Part shown: positions 1 through 8,913 of the stretch, one piece after another
How the letters are laid out: each line of letters opens with the position of its first letter
Numbering within the stretch: the stretch's first letter is position 1
Source of the DNA: Azolla caroliniana
Taxonomy: Eukaryota > Plantae > Polypodiophyta
Direction of reading: 5' to 3'
DNA length: 64,000 bases
Assembly (NCBI GenBank): GCA_043228905.1
Contig: JBHGNT010000045.1
Coordinates: forward strand, 124,001-188,000
Program-made: the position numbers and the translations under genes
The notes under the pieces: model-generated
The model's database searches: none
Told to the model about the DNA's origin: nothing
The model's input: the letters and a program-made list of their open reading frames with translations, nothing else

Positions 1-295
1 AGACATGAAGTAGAAAGAAAAGTGTAGAAGGTCGTAACCAAAAGCGTGTGAGTAAATGAAAATGTTCATACCTGGCTCGTGTGATATCGGATTTTTGTGT
101 TCAAACATGCTCATCGAAGCTAACTATGCTGGCTATGATATCGAATTGGAAAATCATGATTTTGAAACTCACATCGAGTGACATGAAGAAATTAGCCAAC
201 TGTAGAAGGTCATAGACAAGAGCGCGTGAGTAAATTAAAATATTCATACCTGGCTCGTGTGATATCGGATTTTTGTGTTCAAACATGAGAATGGG

Positions 296-597
296 TTTCA
301 TTTACTCACGTGCTCTTGTCTAGGACCTTCTACAGTTTTCTTTTTACTTCATTTCTTTCAATCTAAGTTTCAAAATCATGATTTTTCAATTCCATATCAT
401 AGCTGCCCTAGTTCGCTTTTCATTTTGCATGTTTGAAGAAAAAAATCCGATATCACACGAGCCAGGTATGAACATTTTTATTTACTCACGCGCTCTTGTC
501 TACGACGTCCTCAACTTGGCTCTTTTCGTCATGTCTCTCGATCTGAGTTTCAAAATCATGATTTTTCAATTCCATATCATAGGCAGCTTAGTAAGCT
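296..597 (-). repeat. Inverted satellite segment (~1.7 monomers)
   Basis: Reads tttcatttactcacg...ccgatatcacacgagccagg...gcttagtaagct, the reverse complement of the monomer. It matches the forward dimer at ~5729-6027, sharing the cttactaagctg and ttttttcttcaaac variants. Confidence 0.95.
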
Positions 598-626
598 CGT
601 GTGATATGGGATTGAGAAATCATGAT

Positions 627-3070
627 CGTGTGAGTAAATGAAAATGTTCATATCTGGCTTGTGTGATATCAGATTTTTGTGTTCAAACGTGGGAATTGAA
701 GCTAATGACATATTCCATAATATGCAATTAAAAACTAATGATTTTGAAATCCAAGTCAAGAGACATGAAGAAAAAAGAAAAGTTGAAGAGGGCGTAGACA
801 AGAACGTTTGAGTAAATGAAAATGTTCATACCTGGCCCATGTGATATCGGATTTTTGGTTTCAATCATGTGAATCGAAGCTAACAACACACTCTATAATA
901 TGGAAAATAAAAATCATGATTTTGGAACTCAGGTTGAGAGACAAGAACCAAAAAGCAATGTTACGGAGGGCGTGTTTGAGTAAATGAAAATGTTCATACT
1001 TGGCTTGTGTGATAGCGGATTTTTGTGTTCAAACATGTGAATCGAAGCTAACAACACACTCTATAATATGGAATATAAAAATCATGATTTTGAAACTCAG
1101 GTTGAGAGACAAGAAGAAAAAAGCAAAGTTAAGGAGTGCTTAGAGAAGAGCGTGGGAGTGAATGAAAATGTTGATACCTCGCTCATGCGATATCGGATTT
1201 TTGTTTACATGGGAATTGAAGCTAACAACACACTCTATAATATGGAATATAAAATTCATGATTTTGAAACTCGGGTTGAGAGAAATGAAGAAAAAAGCAA
1301 AGTTAAGGAGGGCGTAGAGAAGAGCGTATGAGTAAATGAAAATGTTCATACCTGGTTCGTGTGATATTGGATTTTTGTGTTCAAACATGCGAATCGAAGA
1401 TAATAACACAATCTATAATATGGAATATAAAAATCATGATTTTGACACTCAGCTTGAGAGACAAGAAGAAAAAAGCAAAGTTAACGAGTGCTTAGAGAAG
1501 AGCGTGTGAGTAAATGAAAATGTTCATACATGCCTCGTGTGATATCGGATTTTTGTGTTCAAACGTGGGAATCGAAGCTAATGACACACTCTATAATATG
1601 GAATATAAAAATCATGATTCTAAAACTCAGGTTGAGAGACATGAAGAAAAAAGCAAAGTCAAGAAGGGCGTAGAGAAGAGCGTGTGAATAATTGAAAATG
1701 TTCATACCTGGCCCATGTGATATCGGATTTTTGGTTTCAATCATGCGAATCGAAGCTAACAACACACTCTATAATATGGAAAATAAAAATCATGATTTTG
1801 GAACTCAGGTTGAAGGACAAGAACAAAAAAGCAATGTTACGGAGGGCGTGTTTGAGTAAATGAAAATGTTCATACTTGGCTTGTGTGATAGCGGATTTTT
1901 GTGTTCAAACATGTGAATCGAAGCTAACAACACACTCTATAATATGGAATATAAAAATCATGATTTTGAAACTCAGGTTGAGAGACAAGAAGAAAAAAGC
2001 AAAGTTAAGGAGTGCTTAGAGAAGAGCGTGGGAGTGAATGAAAATGTTGATACCTCGCTCATGTGATATCGGATTTTTGTTTACATGGGAATCGAAGCTA
2101 ACAACACACTCTATAATATGGAATATAAAATTCATGATTTTGAAACTCAGGTTGAAAGAAATGAAGAAAAAAGCAAAGTTAAGGAGGGCGTAGAGAAGAG
2201 CGTGTGAGTAAATGAAAATGTTCATACCTGGTTCGTGTGATATTGGATTTTTGTGTTCAAACATGCGAATCGAAGATAATAACACACTCTATAATATGGA
2301 ATATAAAAATCATGATTTTGAAACTCAGGTTGAGAGACAAGAAGAAAAAAGAAAAGTTAACGAGTGCTTAGAGAAGAGCGTGTGAGTAAATGAAAATGTT
2401 CATACATGCCTCGTGTGATATCGGGTTTTTGTGTTCAAACATGTGAATTGAAGCTAATGACACACTCTATAATATGAAATTAAAAAATAATGATTTTGAG
2501 ACCCAAGTCGAGAGACATGAAGAAAAAAAAGAGTTGAGGAGGACGTAGACAAGAACGTTTGAGTAAATGAAAATGTTCATACCTGGCTCGTGTGATATCG
2601 GATTTTTGTGTTCAAACATGCGAATCAAAGCTAAGAACAAACTCTATAATATGGAATATAAAAACCATGATTTTGAAACTCAGGTTGAGAGGAAAGAAGA
2701 AAAAAGCAAAGTTAAGGAGTACTTGGAGAAGAGCGTGTGAGTAAATGAAAATGTTCATACCTGGCTCGTGTGGTATCGGATTTTTGTGTTCAAACATGTG
2801 AATCGAAGCTAATGACACACTCTATAATTTCCAATTAAAAAACAATGATTTTGAAACCCAAGTCGAGAGACATGAAGAAAAGAAAGAGTTGAGGAGGACG
2901 TAGACAAGAACGTTTGAGTATATGAATATGTTCATACGTGGCTCGTGTGATATCGGAATTATGTTTTCAAACATGCGAATCAAAGCTAACAACACACTCT
3001 ATAATATGGAATATAAAAACCATGATTTTGAAACTCAGGTTGAGAGACAGGAAGAAAAAAGCAAAGTTAA
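627..3070 (+). repeat. Satellite subfamily B with a 5-monomer (876-bp) higher-order repeat in two copies
   Basis: Diagnostic motifs aacacactctataatatgg and gttgagagacaagaag. Marker cctggcccatgtg occurs at 831 and 1707, ORFs 1140 and 2016 are 876 bp apart, and both copies share the deletion ttacggagggcgtgtttgag. Confidence 0.88.
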
Positions 3071-4552
3071 GAATATAGAATTAGAAAATAATGATTTTGA
3101 AACTCAGGTCGTAGACAAGAGTGCGTAAGGAAATGAAAATGTCCATACCTGGCTTATGTGATATTGGATTTTTGTGTTCAAACATGCGAATTGAAGCTAA
3201 CTACTCTGGCTATGACCTGGAATTGAAAAAAGTGAAATTTGAAACTCTGATCAAAAGACATGAAGTAAAAAGAAAAGTGTATAAGGTCCTAGAGAAGAGC
3301 GCGTGAGTAAATGAAAATCTTCATACCTGGCTCGTGCGATATCGGATTTTTGTGTTCAAACATGAGAATCGAAGCTTACTACGCTTGCTATGATATGGAA
3401 TTGAGAAATTTTGATTTTGAAACTCAGGTTGAGAGACATGAAGAAAATAGCTAAGTGTAGAAGCTCGTAGACAAGAGCACGTGAGTAAATGAAAATGTTT
3501 ATAGCTGGCTCGTGTGATATCGAATTTTTGTGTTCAAACATGCGAATGAAAGCTAACTATGCTGGCTAGGAAAAAGCAAAGTTGAGGACGTCGTAGACAA
3601 TAGCGCGTGAGTAAATGAAAATGTTCATACCTGACTCGTGTGATATCGGATTTTTGTGTTCAAACATGAGATTTGAAGCTTACTAAGTTCAGATCGTGAG
3701 ACATGACGAAAAGAGCAAAGTTGAGGACGTCGTAGACAAGAGCCCGTGTGTAAATGAAAATATTCATACCTAGCTCGTGTGATATCGGATTGTTGTGGTC
3801 AAACATGCGAATCGAAGCTTCCAATGCTAACTATGATATGGAATTACAAAATCAAGATTTTGAAACTCAGGTCAAGAGGCATGAAATAAATACCAAAGTT
3901 CAGGAGGTCGTAGACAAGAGCCCGTTAGTAAATGAAAATGTTCATACCTGGCTCGTGTGATATCGGATTTTTGTGTTTAAACATGAGAATCGAAGCTAAC
4001 AACGCTAGCTGTGATATGGAATTAAAAAATCAAGATTTTAAAACTAAGGTCGAGAGACATGACGAAAATAGCAATGTTAAGGAGGTCGTAGACAAGAGCC
4101 CGTTAGTAAATGAAAATGTTCATACCTGGCTCGTGCGATATCGGATTTTTGTGTTCAAACATGCGAATCGAAGCTTACAATGCTAGCTATGATATGGAAT
4201 TAAAAAATCAAGATTTTGAAATTCAGGTCGAGAGACATGAAGAAAATAGCTAATTGTAGAAGGTCGTAAATAAGAGCGCGTGAGTAAATGAAAATGTTCA
4301 TACCTGGCTCGTGGGATATCCCTTTTTTGTGTTCAAACATGTGAAATGAAGCTTACTAAGCTGGCTATGATATGGAATTGAAAAATCAAGATTTTAAAAC
4401 TCAGGTCGAGAGACACGAAGAAAAAAGTCAAGTGTAGAATGTGGTAGACAAGACCGCGTGAGTAAATGGAAATGTCCATAGTTGGCTCGTGTGATATCAG
4501 ATTTTTGTCTTCAAACATGGGAATCGAAGCTAACTACGCAGGCTATGATATG

Positions 4553-4798
4553 TGTAGAAAGTAGTGTGCGGAAGCAAGTATGAAGACAAACTAGAAGGAA
4601 GAACACTTAGCTGTAATGTAGAGCTTGAGCTTACGCAGTATACGCGGGAGAGACAAAGAGAGAAAGAAGAACTATATTCAACAACAAAAAAGATCTCGAT
4701 TCACTACTCTGTATGTATATGTGTGTTCCATGAACACTTTTATACAAGTCCTCGAAGGACTGACCGAAGTACTGACCGTACTTCAATGGTCATTAAGA
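4553..4798 (-). mobile_element. Truncated LTR copy (3' ~246 bp)
   Basis: Direct repeat of 4823-~5064, with about 15 differences by eye including two small indels. Confidence 0.9.
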
Positions 4799-4822
4799 GC
4801 TCTATAATTTGCAATTGAAAAA

Positions 4823-5215
4823 TGTAGAAAGTAGCGTGCGGAAGCAAGTATGAAGACATAACAGAAGGAAGAACACTCAGGTTTAATGGAGAGCTTGGGC
4901 TTACGCAGTATACGCGGGAGAGACAGAGAGAGAAAGAAGAACTATATTCAACAACAAAAGATCTCGATTCACTACTCTATACATATGTGTGTTCCATGAA
5001 CACTTTTATACAAGTCCTCGAAGGACTGATCGAAGTACTGACCGTACTTCAATGCTCATTAAGATCTCCTACACTAACTCCCAAATATATTCCTCACGGA
5101 ATATCTTTCCTAACGGCCTCCCGGTTTACGCGCTCGGCCTAACCGATCGGTCCCAACCGATACGGTCCTCGGCTTCTTCAGCCGATCCGGCCGATGTTGA
5201 CCTTGTCTCTCAACA
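4823..5215 (-). mobile_element. Full-length ~393-bp LTR (solo-type)
   Basis: The minus strand reads TGTTGAGAGAC...CTACTTTCTACA. Its 3' end matches the LTR end preceding the PBS at ~7330-7440. No PBS or PPT is adjacent. Confidence 0.9.
5003..5010 (-). promoter_or_regulatory. Putative LTR TATA box (TATAAAAG); second copy at 4737-4744
   Basis: cttttata on the plus strand, mid-LTR, in the orientation set by the PBS-linked copy, and conserved in both copies. Confidence 0.5.
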
Positions 5216-7299
5216 ATATGAAATTGAAAAATCATGATTTTGAAACTCAGCTCAAGTGACATGAAGAAAATAGCCAAGTGTGGAAGGTCGTAGACAAGAA
5301 CGCGTGAGTAAATGCAAATGTTCATAGCTGCCTCGTGTGATATCGAATTTTTGTGTTCAAACATGCGAATTGAAGCTAACTACGTTGGCTATGATATGGA
5401 ATTGAAAAATTATGATTTTGAAACTCAGGTCGAGAGACATGAAGAAAATAGCCAAGTGTAGAAGGTCGTAGACAAAAGCACGTGACTAAATGAAAATGTT
5501 CATAGCTGGCTCGTGTGATATCGAATTTTTGTGTTCAAACATGCGAATCGAAGCTAACTACGTTGCCTAGGAAATGGAATTGAAAATCATGATTTTGAAA
5601 CTCAAGTCGAGAGACATGAAGAAAATAGCAAAGTGGAGGACATCGTAGACAATAACGCGTGAGTAAATGAAAATGTTCATACTTGGCTCGTGTGATATTG
5701 GATTTTTGTGTTCAAAGATGAGATTTGAAGCTTACTAAGCTGGCTATGATATGGAATTGAAAAATCATGATTTTGAAACTCAGATCGTTAGACATGACGA
5801 AAAGAGCAAAATTGAGGACGTCGTAGACAAGAGCTTGTGAGTAATTGAAAATGTTCATACCTGGCTTGTGTGATATCGGTTTTTTTTCTTCAAACATGCG
5901 AAATGAAGCCAACTACGATGGGTATGATATGGAATTGAAAAATCATGATTTTGGAACTCAGATCGAGAGACATAGTAAAAAGAAAAGTGTAGAAGGTCCT
6001 AGACAAGAGCGCGTGAGTAAATGAAAATGTTCATACCTGGCTCGTGTGATATCGGATATTTGTGTTCAAACATGCGAATCGAAGCTAACTACATAGGCTA
6101 ACTACGCTGGCTATGATATGGTATTGAAAAATCATGATTTTGAAAATCAGATGAAGTGACATGAAGAAAATAGCCAAGTGTCGAAGGTCATAGACAAGAG
6201 CGCGTCAGTAAATTATATTCATACCTGGCTCGTGTGATATCAGATTTTTGTGTTCAAACATGGTAATCGAAGCTAACTATGCTGGCTATGATATAGGATT
6301 GAAAAAACATGATTTTGAAACTCAGATCGAGTGACATGAAGAAAATAGCCAAGTGTAGAAGCTCGTAGACAAGAGCGCGTGAGTGAATGATAATGTTCAT
6401 AGCTGGCTCGTGTGATGTCGGATTTTTGTGTTCAAACATGCGAATCGAAGCTAACTACACTGGCTATGATATGCGATTGAAAAATCATGATCTTCAAACT
6501 CAAGTGGAGAGACATGAAGAACATAGCAAAGTTGAGGACATCGTAGACAAGTGCGCGTGAGTAAATGAAAATATTCATTCCTGGCTCGTGTGATATCGGA
6601 TTTTTGTGTTCAAACATGCGAATGGAAGCTAACTACGCTGGCTATGATATGGTATCTAAAAATCATGATTTTGAAACTCACATGAAGTGACATGAAGAAA
6701 ATAGCCAAGTGTAGAAGGTCGTAGACAAGTGCACGTGAGTAAATGAAAATATTCATTCCTGGCTCGTGTGATATCGGATTTTTGTGTTCAAACATGCGAA
6801 TCGAAGCTAACTACGTTAGATATGATATGGAATTAAAAAATCAAGATTTTAAAACTCAGGTCGAGAGACATGACGAAAATAGCAAACTTAAGGAGGTCGT
6901 AGACAAGAGCCCGTTAGTAAATGAAAATGTTCATACCTGGGTCATGTGATGTCGGATTTTTGTTGTCAAACATGCAACTTGAAGCTAACTACGCTGGCTA
7001 TTATATGAAATTGAAAAATAATAATTTTGAAACTCAAATCGAGTGACATGAAGAAAATAGCCAAGTGTAGAAGGTCGTAGAGAAGAGCGCGTGAGTAAAT
7101 GAAAATTTTCATACCTGGCTCGTGTGATATCGGATTTTTGTGTTCAAACATGGGAATCGAAGCTAATTGCGCTGGCTATGTTATGGAATTGATAAATCAT
7201 GATTTTGAAATTCAGATCGAGTGATATGAAGAAAATTGCCAAGTGTGGAAGGTCGTAGACAAGAACGCGTGAGTAAATGCAAATGTTCATAGCTGGCTC

Positions 7300-7440
7300 A
7301 CTCTCTCACTCTCTCTGTCTGTCTCTCTCACTCTCTCTGTCTCACCCGCGTATACTACGTAAGCTCAAGCTCTCCATTAAACCTGAGTTTTCTTCCTTCT
7401 GGTTGGTCTTCATACTTGCTTCCGCACGTTACTTTTTACA
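7300..7440 (+). mobile_element. 3' part of the 5' LTR, beginning in a CT-rich tract
   Basis: Ends ...cttccgcacgttactttttaCA and is homologous to the reverse complement of 4823-4930. Confidence 0.9.
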
Positions 7441-7452
7441 TGGTATCAGAGC
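7441..7452 (+). promoter_or_regulatory. Primer-binding site complementary to the 3' end of initiator tRNA-Met
   Basis: TGGTATCAGAGC immediately after the LTR-terminal CA, the canonical plant LTR-retrotransposon PBS. Confidence 0.93.
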
Positions 7453-7512
7453 GCGAGGGTTGAGAACCTCTCTGCAGCCGACACAGCTTGACGAAGAAGA
7501 ACGAGAAGAACG

Positions 7513-7841
7513 ATGGATAGAGGCATGGCGAGCTCGCTTCCAACAGAGAAGCTCGACAGAACCAACTACACGTCTTGGTCTTACAAGATGCACCAGTACC
7601 TGCTCGGGCACGACTACTGGAGTTATGTCGAAGAAGCTAATGACGCGGCACCCGAATCGACACTGAGACTTCCCGTCGTGGGAGCAATTGGCGAGCAGGG
7701 TATTATAGTGCTTCACGTCGTGTATGGGCGAACAACTATTGAGCTATGTTCGGGATGCAATGACGCCGAAGGGTGCGTGGGAAAATTTGAAGAAGATTTT
7801 CGCCACGAGCACCACAGCCAGGAAGCTTCAGCTCCGACAAG
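7513..7841 (+). pseudogene. gag: Copia gag N-terminal region, disrupted
   Basis: KLDRTNYTSWSYKMHQYLLGHDYWSYV, then after a frameshift near 7663-7666 DFPSWEQLASRVL*CFTSCMGEQLLSYVRDAMTPKGAWENLKKIF...RKLQLRQ. In-frame TAG at 7706-7708. Confidence 0.88.
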
Positions 7842-8913
7842 CTCAACCTTATACACTCCGATGTATGGGGGCCGGCACAAAACGTTGTCAATATTTCATC
7901 TCCTTCATCGATGACCACACGCGGCACACGTGGATCTACCTCATTGAGAGGAAGAGCGAAGTCTTCGACTATTTCCGGGACCTCAAAGGGTTCGTGGAAA
8001 CGGAAACGGGACGAAAGATCAAGTGCCTGCGGTCGGATGGCGGGAAAGAGTACTTTTCTGGTCAATTCAACGGTTATCTACAACAAATGGGAATTCGGCG
8101 TGAATTCAGTTGTAGATACACGCCAGAGCAGAACGGCGTGGCTAAGAGGAAGAATCGGTCAGTTGTGGAAGCGGCACGGGCAATGCTGGAGGAGAAGAGC
8201 TTGCCCAAGTTCTACTGGGCCGAGGCGGTAAGGACCGCAGTATACATCCAGAACCGGATCGGAGACAAAGTGTCGGCGCACAAGCTGTATTTCGGAACGA
8301 AGCCGACCTTGCGACACTTGAGGGTGTTCGGTAGCATTGCGTATGTGCATGTACCGAAGGAGAAAAGGAGGAAGCTGGACACAAAGGCCAAGAAATGCAT
8401 CTTGGTCGGTTACTCGGATGAGCAGAAGGGTTATAAGTGCTATAACACTTCCACCAAACAAACGTGTGCCAGCCGCGACGTTGTGTTTGACGAGTCCGCG
8501 TCCTCGTACCTACCCCCGACTACGAACCCTGCCCCCAATCTGGGCTCCGACGATGAGGTCAGCGAGGCCGAGATGCCTCCGGATGAGCCCGAAAACGAGA
8601 CCCGCGAAGAGAGTCCGATTTCACTCCGGTTATGTGGACCGATTGGACGACTGAGTCGATACGACCAGTCCGATGAAGAGCCGGCGAGTAGTAGAGACTC
8701 GGCCGTGCATTCCCCGCGCAGGAAGCCGAGGAGATGGCTCACACGCAAAGAGAAAGGGAAGAAGAAGGTGTCGGATTCCGGCACGGATAGGAACGAGTCA
8801 GACCGATGCGAGTCCAACTCCAAGGGAACCGGTGACGGGTCTTTAAAGGTGAAGACCGCGTCGACCGAGAAGGCCTCGACATCGGAAAATGTGAGATTAC
8901 GCCGATCTGCCCG
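7842..8913 (+). pseudogene. pol: Copia integrase (rve core, SH3-like domain, low-complexity tail), inactivated
   Basis: LNLIHSDVWGPAQN lies in another frame at 7842-7883. Then YFISFIDDHTRHTW, LRSDGGKEY (D codon 8036), TPEQNGVAKRKNR (K at 8144 in place of the catalytic E, D-35-E spacing), LPKFYWAEAVRTA, LRVFGSIAYVH...SRDVVFDE, ending at RRSAR. Confidence 0.93.

Larger units (their letters stand above)
4553..5215 (-). mobile_element. Composite LTR insertion (copia family) flanked by a 5-bp target-site duplication ATATG
   Basis: ATATG at 4548-4552 and 5216-5220, with TG...CA termini. The satellite monomer resumes in register (gctatgatatg|aaattgaaaaatcatg). Confidence 0.92.
3110..7299 (+). repeat. 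Diverged satellite subfamily A (also 1-295), host of both retroelement insertions
   Basis: Diagnostic motifs aactacgctggctatg, gaattgaaaaatcatgatttt and ccaagtgtagaaggtcgtagacaagagcgcg. Internal deletions at ~3570 and ~3688 and a small duplication at ~6095. A few C-type monomers are interspersed (~3800-4220, ~6820-6960). Confidence 0.8.
7300..8913 (+). mobile_element. Truncated, internally deleted Ty1/copia LTR retrotransposon remnant
   Basis: Order is partial LTR, PBS, gag N-terminus, integrase core and C-terminal tail. No RT, RNaseH, PPT or 3' LTR. Satellite lies on both sides. Confidence 0.95.

Noticed and set aside
4553-5215. TRIM / Cassandra-type miniature element
   Set aside because: The internal spacer is satellite with no PBS or PPT, and one LTR is truncated.
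7300-7343. Independent CT microsatellite
   Set aside because: It is the LTR's own CT-rich tract with a local 22-bp duplication, located at the truncation point.
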